Part shown: positions 29,859 to 43,475 of the stretch, piece after piece
Position numbering within the stretch: position 1 is the first letter of the stretch
How the letters are laid out: every line of letters starts with the position of its first letter
Assembly (NCBI GenBank): GCA_002269645.1
Contig: NIVC01000382.1
Span: 1-64,000 of the forward strand
Origin: Macrostomum lignano
Taxonomy: Eukaryota
Direction: 5' to 3'
Length of the DNA: 64,000 bases
The notes under the pieces: model-generated
What the model was told of the DNA's origin: nothing
Databases searched by the model: none
What the model saw: the letters and a program-made list of their open reading frames with translations, nothing else
Position numbers and translations under genes: made by a program

Positions 29859-32351
29859 AATGTGAGGGTTTCACGAGAGATATTCAGACAAAGGCTCCCT
29901 AAAACACGCCCCGCACCGGGCCCCGAACTGCTATACATTATAACATTTTTTGTCAATGCAGTATTTGATTGCAAGGAAAAGTTAAAATAGTAATGGAATA
30001 AATATCTTTATTTATTTTTTTAAATATTATTATTTTTTATATTCTCGTTTTCATTATTAAATTATAATATTATTATTTTATTAATATTATTATTAATATC
30101 ACTTATTGTTCACCGAATTTTATATTTCAAAGTAAAAAAAACTAAATTTAATAAAAACTTGAAGCTTAACAGAAAACGCATTCTGAAGTGTCTTTAGTTA
30201 TAGTCCAATTTGTTTTAATGTGTAGCGCTGCAGGGCGGGGCGGGGCGTGTTTTAGGGAGACCCATTCAGACAGACATTCAAAATGATTGTCTGTAACTTC
30301 AAACAAAATTGACCCGCTTCAACCATCTTTTTGGCAAATACTTATGCAAGTGTTGGGCGTCGAATAAGCTTTAATTTATTAACTGAAGTAAAAATCCTTC
30401 TGACATACATTGATTTAAAAATTGCTTAGCAACACTAGCTCTGATTAGAAATCGCTTTACTGTTGACTAAAATTGTTTTGATCGTAGCAGCCTAAAAGCA
30501 GATACTGGATTTAAAAATGCTTCGATTTACTCTATACGCATGTCTCAGCTTTAAAATGACACCTCAGGCGTCGCAAAAGACAGCTTTGATGCTGAGATAT
30601 TCGACACTAAACATGCATTGCTTTGCGCAATCTCACATTCAGAAATTTCACAGATTTTTTGTCGATATTTGTGCAGTTGCCATGTCCTTGTTTTTCATCA
30701 GAATCTTGTCAAATTCTAGTCATGTCTATACGCATGTCTCAGCTTTAAAATGACACCTCAGGCATTGCAAAAGACAGCTTTGATGCTGAGATATTCGACA
30801 CTAAACATTGCTTTGCTCATGCAAACTCACATTCGGAAACTTCACTGATTTTTATTCAATATTTGTTCAGATGCTTGTCTACTTCTCCATTTATTAACCA
30901 TCGCATGGAGCCTTGCTAACGTACAAGTGTATGTAGTTACAGTAAATGGGGTTTTTGTGACTCACTTAAACTTGTTTACGCATTCTGCAGCTATTCGCCG
31001 CCTTTCATTTGAGTGATTCATGGAGTCCAGTTGATAAATTTCCACAAATTGGACTGCTTCTACGTCAGATCTCAACATTTGGAACCGTCCTTGAACTATT
31101 TCAGAGTTAAGTGAGCTAATGGCATCAAATGGAAGGCTAGTGCTCGTACTTGTAAGCGAAGCAGGTTCACAATTGAAATGGTTGTATTCATGGCCATGGG
31201 ATCTAAACTGATCTCTTTTCCTTTCACGATCGCTTTGGTCTCAGAAGGAGCAGCAGTTGATGGACTGAGGTGAGAAAAAGATGTGTCACGACTTGAGCTG
31301 TTTTTAGAAAATATCTTTATCCAATTAAATATTTTCATGCGGCTCCTTAGGTTGTTCCAAATTTTGAGTCTAGAAGTCAAGACAGAAAAAAAGTTAAGAA
31401 CTGCTACTGTAGTCCGTAGGGATTGGAAAGCTTAGCAGTACATTAGAAATCGCCTGTTCAATCTAAAAAGTTTGAAGTACATATAGCTATTGGGTTGCAA
31501 CAACAGTAGAAAAAATTCTTCCTTTTTATTTTATTCCCACCGCTTACCTCATTCCGATTTGGATAGCAGAATTGCCACGCAAAAAAAGTAAAAACATAAC
31601 AATAAACTATTTGCTTCATATTAATTGCCACTGACTGTTAATAAACGCGACGTCAATTTCTCTCAATAACAGTTGGAACATGTTTCTCGTACACTCGTAT
31701 ATTTATTTGAAAAGCAAAGCGGTGAAAAAGTCATGATTGGTTGCCATATGTACAAATGTACACTCACAGACTCACTGACTCAGGTACAATCTATGCAATA
31801 TAAAGGCAGGAATCATTAAAAATCAAATACTTAAGACAGTTTAAGAGAAGTCCAGGTTTAAACTGGACATGACTAAAATTTGACAAGTTTCTGATGAAAA
31901 ACAAGGACACGGCAACTGCACAAATATCGACAAAAAATCGGTGAAATTTCTGAATGTGAGATTGCGCAAAGCAATGCATGTTTAGTGTCGAATATCTCAG
32001 CATCAAAGCTGTCTTTTGCGACGCCTGAGGTGTCATTTTAAAGCTGAGACATGCGTATAGAGTAAATCGAAGCATTTTTAAATCCAGTATCTGCTTTTAG
32101 GCTGCTACGATCAAAACAATTTTAGTCAACAGTAAAGCGATTTCTAATCAGAGCTAGTGTTGCTAAGCAATTTTTAAATCAATGTATGTCAGAAGGATTT
32201 TTACTTCAGTTAATAAATTAAAGCTTATTCGATGCCCAACACTTGCGTAAGTATTTGCCAAAAAGATGGTTGAAGCAGGTCAATTTTGTTTAAAGTTACA
32301 GACGATCGTTTCGAATGCCTGTCTGAATATCTCTCGTGAAACCCTCACATT
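29859..32351. mobile_element. Foldback-type element with ~500 bp terminal inverted repeats (middle layer; ends approximate)
   Basis: 29859-29890 plus 30264-30727 is the reverse complement of ~31866-32351; the same peptide appears in ORFs 30517(+) and 32075(-). No TSD resolved. Confidence 0.8.
29891..30263. mobile_element. MULE-like MITE, 373 bp (inner layer)
   Basis: 9-bp TSD ATTCAGACA (29882-29890, 30264-30272); 20-bp perfect inverted repeat CTCCCTAAAACACGCCCCGC just inside each end; AT-rich interior. Confidence 0.85.
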
Positions 32352-33471
32352 CTAAACAAGACTCAAGAGAAATTGCACTCTGAGCCTTAAAATCGCACCT
32401 TGAAATTTGGCACAAGGTGCGATTTCGCACCTTATCTCTGGCGAAAAAAAAAAACCCAGCCTAGCCCTAGGGTTAGGGTAGCTGGACCTAGTTGACAAGA
32501 TACTAAATAGCACGCCTATAAAGAACCAACCGATCAAGTGATTACCATACATGTGTATTTTTACTAACTATACAGTGATATTCGTAGTTTAATGCTTATA
32601 CATACAATATGAAAGATTCAACAGCGGTAGCGGTAGAGGTCGTGAAAAGTAAATGTTTTAACGGGCACGGTGTTTAATTTTAAAATAAGCCTCTTCGTTA
32701 TAATTGACACAACAAATATCTTCCTGTTGAAAAATTACTTTTGCCAGTTTAAAAAAATAAGCGGCTCTTTTATTTTTATTTTAAATTTTAGATAAAAGTT
32801 CGTGTAAAGGCTAGCAAAAAAATGCATTCTATTTTTTATTTTTTAACATTGTGCAACGCAAGACAAGTTTAACTAAAATTCTTTTTAATAAAATATTCCG
32901 ATTCAGATAGACTTATTCTATTCTTCAGGATTTCACTTTCAGTGGTTTGCATTTGCATGTCACCATGACAGTATCCAATAGATTCCTTAATCAGGATTTT
33001 TTAGTTATAAAGTTTTAGCTTTAAATTATTAGTATTTCAGTTTTTATATACTAGGCCTAACTCAGGCAAACGCCAAAGCCATATATGCCATTTATTATAT
33101 CCTACTGCTATGCTAGTCACCAATTTGTTCAACCCTAAAGCTTCCTGTTTCTAAGATTGCCCTAATTCACTCGATTTCTTGGAAATCTCATGGTACCATT
33201 GAGTGCCCCAGTAGGGCTAAGATAAGATCATAAGATGCTGTTCTAAATTCCTAACTTAAATCCGAAATTACAGCATTTACCAGGATCACGGGTGTCCAGC
33301 AGCAAGCCTTAATGCCTAATATTTGTCTGTTCCTTTTTTGTTCTTTATGCCTAGCCTAATATCTAACATCTAATCTTATAAAGCATTTAAACAAATCTTT
33401 GCATTTATTGATTTTGCACTGTCACTGTAGGCCTAAATAATAGACTGGTAATGTAGCTCGCTTTAAAATTA

Positions 33472-33866
33472 GCAAAAGAGTAAATGTCAAAACAAACATT
33501 TAATCTATTTAAACTGCCGACATGTTTCATCCAAAGCAGACATCTTCAAGCAAGGCAAACAAACCATCAAAAACACAAACAAGAATGTATTCTTGAGCAA
33601 CAACTCAGAATTTTTTGATCTCATTGTGTGCGGTGGTGAGGTGGGTGCACCCTCTTAACTGATTGGTTTGTTAGTTAAAAGTTTATAGCATGTACGTGTT
33701 TTTTCATTCTTTCTGATTTTTGTTTACTCAATATTTTTCAATTTAATTTAAATACATTCTTGTTTGTGTTTTCGATGGTTTGTTTGCCCTGAAGATGTCT
33801 GCTTTAGATGAAACGCGTTGGCAGTTTAAATAGATTAAATGTTTGTTTTGATTTTTTCTCTTTTGC
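33472..33866. mobile_element. MITE with ~115 bp imperfect TIRs, probable TA TSD
   Basis: GCAAAAGAG...AAGAATGTATT on the left is the inverse of AATACATTCTT...CTCTTTTGC on the right; TA on both flanks. Confidence 0.7.
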
Positions 33867-35009
33867 TAAATAATACAGCCTAACTGGGATAAGAAAAATC
33901 TGGTTGGGTAGGATCAAGTGGGATTGGATTCAAAAAGTTGGGACTCGGGATTAGTCAAGATTGAGATCAAGGTCTTGGAATGGAATGGTGAATGTTTCTA
34001 ACGAATCATCAAAGTTGGCAAAGATATCTAATTCATCCATGATGCACTGAGCTATCTGCAGTTCTAGTCTTAATTCTTCTAAGTTCTATTCTGACTTTGT
34101 CTTGGTTTAAGTGCTTTATTTATATAGTTTTGATAAACAACAACAAAAAATAAAACCAAATACAAAAAGGGACCAATGGTTAGGACAGGAATTGGGTTAG
34201 GGGACTTGACTATCAAAAGGTTCAAGCATGGGAATGGGCACTGACAACACACATCTTTATCACAAAAGGGGAGGCAAAGGAAATACATACGTGAGTATCA
34301 ATAAACAGCTGCAAGAAAAGTCACACTGTGGTAGCCCATCCTACCACAGGTGTAGGGATGCAAACATTGCGGGTAGCAGCTTTGGATGGTGGGCGCCTAG
34401 CTTCTGCAGTTAGTAGGGTGGGTGCCTTGGGTGCTACTGGCCAGCAGGGTAAAACTGGCAATGCAGCCTTGGTGACACAATTGGAAGACTGCCAGCGGCA
34501 TGCCTTGGCCTAGCATAGCAGTGTTGTCTACCCCTAGCGCAATGATAAAGCTGATGTGCACCAATCTGGGCCAATTTGGGCTGATGGGCCAAACTGTGCA
34601 CCAATTTTCCCAGCTAGTAGTTGCTTGCCTAGTAGTTCAACCATTATCTCAACCCTGCGGGCAGCCATCTATGGCCTATAGAGCTAGGCTAGGCCACCCC
34701 AATGGTGACAATCATTTTTTTTGTTTTTTAATTATATGATAATGCCAGCCATTACATGTGCTATGCAGTGTCATTATTGTGATAGCCAAAGTTATCACAA
34801 GCTTTAAAGTGAAACAAATTCAATTAAATGTGTTACATTACCTCAAGTTTTCAATTACAGTGTCAATTCAATAACACTATAGCAAACATATTGCCTGTAA
34901 TTTTAGAATGAAGTCATCAAAAAAGTATTGTATTTTTCTATAAAAAATCACACCCTGGTTACAATTGCAGCTATTAATTAATTAATACAGTTAGATTAAT
35001 TCTGCCATC

Positions 35010-38000
35010 ATGTCTAACTGCCATTCGTCTGTACTGCCACTAATGACCCTGGCTGTTATTGCCGTAACCTTGGCTGTCAGTTTGCCATCCGCTCAGGCCA
35101 GTCCAGCCGTTGTCAAAGCCGATTCCTCGCACAAGTACAGCGGCGACCGCGTCTATCAGCACGATCTGAGCGATTTGGACCACGACGAGGACGAGGATGA
35201 AGACGATCACAAGTACGATCACGAGGCCTTCCTGGGCAAGGAGGATTCCAGCAAGTTCGATAAGATGTCACCAGAAGAGAGTAAAGCGAATTTGGGAAAA
35301 ATTGTTGACAAAATTGACAAAGACAATGATGGAATGGTGAGATTCTGGGGCATTGGTTGAACTGTTCTGTGATCTTAGTATTAGACAGCAATCCAGTACT
35401 ACTAGAATTCCTAGATCCTCAGTTGCTGGGCCACCAGCCTCACTGGTCACTGATCCTCAGTTGCTGGGCTTGCCTCCCAGAATGTCAGTTGCTGGGCCAG
35501 CCTCCCAGATCCTCCGTTGCTGGGCCAGCCTCCCAGATCCTCCGTTGCTGGGCCAGCCTCCCAGATCCTCAGTTGCTGGACCAGCCTCCCAGATCCTCAG
35601 TTGCTGGGCTAGCCTCCCAGATCCCCAGTTGCTGGGCCAGCCTCCCAGATCCTCAGTTGCTGGGCCAGCCTCCTAGATCCTCAGTTGCTGGGCTAGCCTC
35701 CTAGATCCTCAGTTGCTGGGCCAGCCTCCCAGATACTCAGTTGCTGGGCTAGCCTCCTAGATCCTCAGTTGCTGGGCCAGCCTCCCAGATACTCAGTTGC
35801 TGGGCCATCCTCCCAGATCCTCAGTTGCTGGGCCAGCCTCCTAGATCCTCAGTTGCTGGGCTAGCCTCCTAGATCCTCAGTTGCTGGGCCAGCCTCCCAG
35901 ATACTCAGTTGCTGGGCTAGCCTCCTAGATCCTCAGTTGCTGGGCCAGCCTCCCAGATACTCAGTTGCTGGGCCATCCTCCCAGAGTGTCAGTTGCTGGG
36001 CCATCCTCCCAGATCCTCAGTTGCTGAGTGAGGTACCTTTGAACAGTGCACTAACTTGTACATCCGCAATATTCCAGGTGACAGAGAAAGAGCTTAGCGA
36101 CTGGATCGACTACATCTCTAAGCGCTACGTCACCGAGGACAGTCGCAAGCAGTTCCTAGACTACGCATCCTCACCAGCCGACAAGCTGTCCTGGGACACC
36201 TATAAGGCGCGCAATTTTGGCAAAGATACCGACGAGGCTACTTCTAAGAGTATGAGCAGGTGAGAACTTATTCCACCCGCTGATATTCGTAAGCGCATAA
36301 AATACCTTTGTTCAAGGTTTATAAGACTTATGACTGATGACAAGGTGTTCAACGGCCCTGACTTTCCCATCGTCAGGGCAGTGTAACGCGCTGCGCATAA
36401 GTACAAACGCCAGATTAGTTTAAACCATTTTCTACCAGTGTTTTGAAGGCCTGTTGGGAAATAATTGAATTAGAGCGAAGCGCAAAATAACTTTATAGTT
36501 GACGCGTTAAAGTGTATGAAGTAGCTAACATTTTATAAAAAGTACATGTTGAAAGGAGGAGAGACAAGTTGCCAGTGTAAATTAACCTTGTAAATAATGT
36601 AGAGGGCAAACATAAAAATTAAAACAGTTTGAAAAAAACGGATGCTGTCTGTTGATAAAAACCGATGAACAACGGATTTTTGAAGGAAAATGAGAATACA
36701 GCAAATATGACAGAAAAACAAGTAGAAAACATGAAAAGTGGAGGCTGCGAAATGAGAAGAAAGTGCAGAAATAAATCTGAAACCAACCGAAAGGGATATA
36801 CAATAGGTAAGTAACAAACAATTAAAAAGTAAGCGCGTGAAAAAAACATGCAGAAGCAGAACGTAGAGCAAAGCCCCTATTACTTTTTTATTGCATGACG
36901 TCATTTGATTATCAATAGGTTATGTGCGCCATCATAAACGAAGGGCTATTACTAGCTTACCGTAGCATCAAAGTGCTTCGCTATTGTCGGCCAGCATGTC
37001 GTCAATAGTGACGGCTGGGTCCACGAGCTCATGAATGAGTTGTCAATGACAACCTGCCGGTCGGGGGTTCGATTCTCGATCCACTCGTCTGAACATTTTG
37101 TGTCCTTAAGCAAGACGCTTAATTTTAAAATTCTATAAAAATAGGTGCCAGCATTATCTGCGGTTGAGCTGTCGGTTGCACATCTGCCCGTTATGACAAG
37201 TAGAATCAAATATGTTAATTATTTACGCAAACAAATTTCTCGCGCAGAGACCAGCGTCGTTGGCAACGCGCCGACCGCGACGGTGACGGCATGCTCAACC
37301 TAGCCGAGTTCACCGACTTCACCCATCCGGAGGAGGCGCCGCACATGCGCGAACTAGTCGGCCTAGAGACCCTTGAAGACATGGACAAAGACAAAGACGG
37401 CGGAGTCGATATCAACGAATACATTGCCGATATGTGGACGCCCAGCGCTGGGGAGCAGGAGCCCGACTGGGTCAAGACTGAGCGGGAAACGTTTAGCAAC
37501 GTTCGCGATAAGAATAAAGATGGTAGATTGGATCAGGCTGAGGTAAAGGATCGTCACAGTCTTTGTTCTTTTATCATTGTAAAATATCGACTGTGTAGTG
37601 CCCTAGACATTCCTAAGAATCGGCCCCTAGATATTCTCAAGAATCGCCCCTAGACATTCCCAAGAATCGCCCCTAGACATCGTCAAGAATCGCCCCTAGA
37701 CATCGTCAAGAATCGCCCCTAGACATTTCTAAAAATCGCCTCTAGACATTCCCAAAAATCGCTCGTAGACATTTTCAAAAATTGCCCCCTAAACATTCTC
37801 AAGAATCGCCCCTAGACATTTCCAAGAATCGCCCCTAGACATTCCCCAGAATCGCCCGTAGACATTTTCAAGAATCCCCCCTAGATTTTTCAAGAATCGC
37901 CCCTAGACATTCCCAAGAATCGCCCCTAGACATCGTCAAGAATCGCCCCTAGACATCGTCAAGAATCGCCCCTAGACATTTCTAAAAATCGCCTCTAGAC

Positions 38001-38652
38001 ATTCCCAAAAATCGCTCGTAGACATTTTCAAAAATTGCCCCCTAAACATTCTCAAGAATCGCCCCTAGGCATTTCCAAGAATCGCCCCTAGACATTCCCC
38101 AGAATCGCCCGTAGACATTTTCAAGAATCCCCCCTAGATTTTTCAAGAATCGCCCCTAGACATTCCCAAGAATCGCCCCTAGACATTCCCAAGAATCGCC
38201 CCAAGACATTCTCAACAATCGCCCCTAGACATTCTTAATAATCGCCCCTAGGCATTCCCAAAAATCGCCCCTAGACATTCCCAAAATTGCCCCCAGACAT
38301 TCCTACGAATCGCCCGTAGACATTCACAAGAATCGCCCCTAGACATTCTCAAGAATCGCCCCTAGACATTACCAATAAACTTTTGAAACTCTTAAAAACC
38401 AGCCGAACGAAGACCCAGATTGGATGCAGTAAATGACCAATATAAAAGCCGTAACTTAACCAGATCGCCAGTTGGATTGTGCCAGAAGACTACAATCACG
38501 TTGAAGCGGAGACTCGCCACCTGATGAGCCAGGCCGACACGGACAAAGACGGCCGGCTCAGCCGCCAGGAGATCATGGACAAATACGATGTGTTTGTTGG
38601 CAGCCAGGCCACCGACTTTGGCGAAGCTCTGGGCAGGCACGAGGAACTATAA
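35010..38652 (+). CDS. CALU: Calumenin / reticulocalbin (CREC family EF-hand ER protein, ~330 aa)
   Basis: Exons 35010-35336, 36078-36259, 37248-37542 and 38464-38652 in consistent phase. Signal peptide, [10 protein letters not shown]-hands (DKDNDG, DRDGDG, DKDKDG, DKNKDG, DTDKDG), [14 protein letters not shown]-terminal HEEL. CALU versus RCN is not resolvable here. Confidence 0.93.
35410..36025. repeat. Intronic minisatellite family A (CCAGCCTCCCAGATCCTCAGTTGCTGG)
   Basis: Reverse complement of the unit at 3385-5610; fills calumenin intron 1. Confidence 0.95.
37010..37180 (+). mobile_element. Degenerate tRNA-derived SINE
   Basis: B-box-like GGTTCGATTC (37066-37075), followed by GTGTCCTTAAGCAAGACGCTTAA, which resembles the CORE/V-type SINE central domain. 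Confidence 0.5.
37600..38370. repeat. Intronic minisatellite family B (AAGAATCGCCCCTAGACATTCCC, ~23 bp)
   Basis: Fills calumenin intron 3; includes a higher-order duplicated block. Confidence 0.95.
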
Positions 38653-39869
38653 AAAGTTTGTTTTACAGCATAAAAATCCAACAAAATGCTACTACTGCCA
38701 CTTACTAGTAGAGCAGTTAGCGCATGGTCTTCACATTGTGTTTTCTCTTCTAAGTTTATTTAACCTTTACCGATAAACAAACATTATAATTCGTTGTTTT
38801 CCCTGTTGCGCTTAATGCTTTTTTTGCTTCCTCAAACAATTTCACTTTGATATTAACAGAATTATAAATGAAATCTGTGTGTTTACTCATTGTTCAAGTT
38901 TTTTTCAGTTTGTCTCTTTATTACTCTCTCTTGTCTCATTCGAAAGACCCAACTGTTGTGCTAAGTGTCTTTGATTAATTCAAGTGTCACAAGAAGCTTT
39001 ATACTTTTGATTTATTTAATTTGTTTAATCGTTTTTTTTGTTAAATCAAAGTGTTGATTATCAGTTCTGCTTTAGTCATTTATTTAGCGATTTACTGCAT
39101 GCGTTTGCAGTGTCAGCATGCCAGCGATTGATTTCAATGATTTGCAATTGACAAATCCATAATTAATAAATTCACCTATTACTATTAGTAACATTTATAT
39201 AATCGGCAATTTAGATCAAAGCAGTTTTTTATTATTTATATTTATATTTCCTTTCTGTGTAAGAATTATTTAGAATCGCGGTCACTTAGTGTTTTGTGTC
39301 ATTTATTTTGAACTTGATTTAATCACAGCTTGTTTATATTCAATATCAACAGGTGAGTTCTGAACTGTGAGGTTTTTCTCTTTATAAAATCGAAGTTAAA
39401 AGAAAGTACTGGCGCTTAAAGCATCGTTTAATTGTATTTTTTATATAATAGATTCTAGTCTATCTGACAATAAATCATTGGTCTGGTTTTTGATTTTTGA
39501 TTAACTTTGTGTAGCAAAAAAAGCAATATTCAATTTTTATTGGTTTCGGCTGTTAACTAAGTTAATTGGATCAAGTTTCAATCGCTGATATCGGTATTGA
39601 TGCAAGATTAAATTAAAAAAATAAGCGCTACCTACGTTTGCTGCGCGTTTTTCTTCTTGTGTTTTTCTTCTTTGCAATCCCATCAGCACGTTTTGAAATT
39701 CGTTTCGTCTTTGCCTTTTTGCTTTTTTCGTAGTTTTGTATAAAAGAAACATATAAAATCGATCTGAGGTAGTACTAATAAATCGCTCTTAGACATCAGA
39801 TTAACTTATTCCTAGACAGTATCAAGAGTGTGAGAATCACCCCTCAGCATTTTTGAAAACCACACCTGG

Positions 39870-40445
39870 ATATTCCCAAGAATCGCCCCTAGACATTCCC
39901 AAGAATCGCCCCTAGACAATCCCAAGAATCGCCCCTATACATTCCCGAGCATCGCCCCTATACTTTCCCGAGCATCGCCCCTATACATTCCCGAAAATCA
40001 CCCATAGACAATCCCAAGAATCGCCCCTAGACCTTCCCAAGAATCGCCCCTAGACCTTCCCAAGAATCGCCCCTATACATTCCCGAAAATCACCCCTAGA
40101 CATTCCTAAGAATCGCCCCTAGACATTCCCAAGAATCGCCCCTATACATTCCCGAAAATCACCCCTAGACATTCCTAAGAATCGCCCCTAGACATTCCTG
40201 AGAATCGCCCCTAGACATTGCGTAGAATCGCCCCTATATATTCCCGAGAATCGCCCCTATACATTCCCGAAAATCACCCCTAGACATTCCTAAGAATCGC
40301 CCCTAGACATTCCCAAGAATCGCCCCTAGACAATCCCAAGAATCGCCTCTATACATTCCCGAGCATCGCCCCTAGACATTCCCGAAAGTCACCCCTAGAC
40401 ATTCCCGAAAATCGCCCCTAGACATTCCCAAGAATCGCCCCTTGA
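39870..40445. repeat. Minisatellite family B, intergenic copy
   Basis: Same unit as 37600-38370; ends ~90 bp before the FAM50 ATG. Confidence 0.95.
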
Positions 40446-40535
40446 CTATCCTGAGTAGAGCTCCTAGGAAATGTCAAAGATCTCCCCAACCTTCGTACAT
40501 TGATGCACTGAACAGCTAACCGGCAGCCAATCAGC

Positions 40536-42633
40536 ATGGCATTCTTCAAAGGCGCCGCCCAAGAAGCTCAGCGAGCCATGCAGCTGCAGCGGCAACGCGA
40601 GAAAGACCGTCGCGAATTAGACTTGGCCAAACTGCGCTTGGAATCCGAGATGCGCATTGGCGAAATTAAAAACAAATTTTCAACTCATACGGGAGCTTCG
40701 TTTGCCGATCAGTCGCTTGGAGAATCCACTGTCGGCTTGGTGACCCTAGACGAGATGAAGCGGCATCAGGACCGATTGAAACGGGCTCGAGAAGCTGAGG
40801 CTGCCGCCTCTAGTAGTCAGGCTGGCGGTAAGAAGTCTCGAACGGATGAGTTGGCCGCCAAAGAGCAATCGCAAAGGAAAACTGGGGCTCTTTCGTTTGA
40901 TTTCGATGGAGATGAAGATGCTGAGGAGGATGATGAAGAGGAATCCAACCAGGCACCTGAGGATCGGCAATATGTAAGTGCGCTCCGCTGTCCCATTCTC
41001 CCAGTGATGAAGCTGCTTATTTAATCCCATTGTCCCAGTGATGAAGCTGCTTATTTATCCCCATTGTCCCAGTGATGAAGCTGCTTATTTAATCCCATTC
41101 TCCCAGTGATGGTGCTACTTATTTAATCCCATTCTCCCAGTGATGAAGCTGCTTATTTATCCCCATTCTCCCAGTGATGATGCTGCTTATTTAATCCCAT
41201 TCTCCCAGTGATGAAGCTGCTTATTTAATCCCATTTTCCCAGTGATGAAGCTGCTTTTTTATTCCCATTCTCCCATTGATGAAGATGCTTATTTATTCCC
41301 ATTCTCGCAATGATGAAGCTGCTTATTAAATCACATTCTCGCAATGATGAAGCTGCTTATTTAATCCCATTCTCGCAATGATGAAGCTGCTCATTTAATC
41401 CCATTCTCCCAGTGATGAAGCTGCTTATTTATCCCCATTGTCCCAGTGATGAAGCTGCTTATTTAATCCCATTGTCCCAGTGATGAAGCTGCTTATTTAT
41501 CCCCATTGTCCCAGTGATGAAGCTGCTTATTTAATCCCATTGTCCCAGTGATGAAGCTGCTTATTTATCCCCATTGTCCCAGTGATGATGCTGCTTATTT
41601 AATCCCATTCTCCCAGTGATGAAGCTGCTTATTTAATCCCATTTTCCCAGTGATGAAGCTGCTTTTTTATTCCCATTCTCCCATTGATGAAGATGCTTAT
41701 TTATTCCCATTCTCGCAATGATGAAGCTGCTTATTAAATCACATTCTCGCAATGATGAAGCTGCTTATTTAATCCCATTCTCGCAATGATGAAGCTGCTC
41801 ATTTAATCCCATTCTCCCAGTGATGAAGCTGCTCATTTATCCCCATTCTCCCAGTGATGAAGCAGCATTTAATCCCCCCACTGTCTGACTTCCCATTTCA
41901 GAAGCCCAAGTTAAACAAAGACTCAGACAAACGCGCCGAGAAATCCGATAGCCAATCAGAATGCGACAACTCAGGTTCGCGCCAAGACAAAGACTCACAG
42001 GATGAAGTCGCCGAGGAGCAGAGAAAAGAGGAGAAGCGCAGGCGACGGTTCGGCAAGGACCCGCAGGTGGACACCTGGTTCCTGCCGGACATAGACCGCG
42101 AGGCCGAGGAGCGTCGACTCCGCCAACAGCTCGAACAGGAGTGGCAAGAGAGCCAGGCCCGTCTCCGAGCCGAAGAGATGGAAGTGGTGTACAGCTATTG
42201 GGACGGCTCCGGTCACAGGCGCAGCGTCACGGTTACCAAGGGCAACACTATCGGGCAGTTTCTGCGCAAAGTATTGGAACAATTGCGCAAAGAATTTCAA
42301 GAGTTGCGCAGCATCAGCGAAGATCAATTGATGTTTATTAAAGAGGATACGATATTGCCGCATCACGTCGCCTTTCTAGACCTCATCACCAGTCAGGCCA
42401 GGGGCAAGAGCGGCCCGCTCTACCTGTTCGACGTTAAGCAGGACGTTCGGCTAACAGTTGACACGGCCAAGCCTAGCCAGGAGACCCACGCTGGCAAGGT
42501 GTGCATGCGGAGCTGGTACGACAGGAATAAGCACATCTTCCCGGCCTGCCGATGGGAGCCCTTTGATCCAACTAAAAATTGGGATAGTTTGCCCGCTTCG
42601 CTCAAGACTGCCAATGTTATTAATGTTAAATAG
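40536..42633 (+). CDS. FAM50A: FAM50/XAP5 family protein (~389 aa)
   Basis: Exons 40536-40973 and 41902-42633 (phase 0). [79 protein letters not shown]. Confidence 0.95.
40990..41875. repeat. Intronic minisatellite (~33-34 bp, CCCATTCTCCCAGTGATGAAGCTGCTTATTTAAT)
   Basis: Occupies almost the whole FAM50 intron. Confidence 0.95.
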
Positions 42634-42719
42634 TGTGAGAGATTTGTCGTTTTGTCGCTCGTTGTGTATTTTAAAAATTTTAATATTCATAAATATGCGT
42701 TACTTGGCTCTTTGTTGCA

Positions 42720-43475
42720 TTGAGTCATTGATCCAGTGACTCTTTGTTGCTGATCCAGTAGCTCTTTGTTGCTGATCCAGTTGCTCTTTGTTGCTGATTC
42801 AGCGGCTCTTTGTTGCTGATCCAGTTGCTCTTTGTTGCTGATTCAGCGGCTCTTTGTTGCTGATCCAGTTGCTCTTTGTTGCTGATTCAGTTGCTCTCTG
42901 TTGCTGATTCAGTGGCTCTTTGTTGCTGATTCAGTGGCTCTTTGTTGCTGATTCAGCGGCTCTTTGTTGCTGATCCAGTTGCTCTTTGTTGCTGATCCAA
43001 TGTCTCTTTGTTGCTCATCCAGTGGCTCTTTGTTGTTGATCCAGTGACTCTTTGTTGCTGATCCAATGACTCTTTGTTGCTGATCCAATGTCTCTTTGTT
43101 GCTCATCCAGTGGCTCTTTGTTGTTGATCCAGTGACTCTTTGTTGCTGATCCAATGACTCTTTGTTGCTGATCCAATGACTCTTTGTTGCTCATCCAGTG
43201 GCTCTTTGTTGCTCATCCAGTGGCTCTTTGTTGTTGATCCAGTGACTCTTTGTTGCTGATCCAAAGACTCTTTGTTGCTGATCCAATGACTCTTTGTTGC
43301 TGAACCAGTGACTCTTTGTTGCTGATCCAATGACTCTTTGTTGCTGATCCAGTTGCTCTTTGTTGCTGATCCAGTGACTCTTTGTTGCTGATCCAATGAC
43401 TCTTTGCTGCTGATCCAATGACTCTGTTGCTGATCCAGTGGCTCTTTGTTGCTGATCTAGTGAGCCTTTGTTGCA
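42720..43475. repeat. Minisatellite (22 bp, GATCCAGTGACTCTTTGTTGCT) downstream of the FAM50 stop
   Basis: Continuous tandem copies. Confidence 0.95.

Larger units (their letters stand above)
29585..32459. mobile_element. Non-autonomous hAT-like element (outer layer of the nest)
   Basis: 8-bp TSD CCTAGCCC at 29577-29584 and 32460-32467; termini CAGGGT(T)n / (A)nCCCAG; GCACC/GGTGC subterminal motifs at both ends. Confidence 0.7.
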
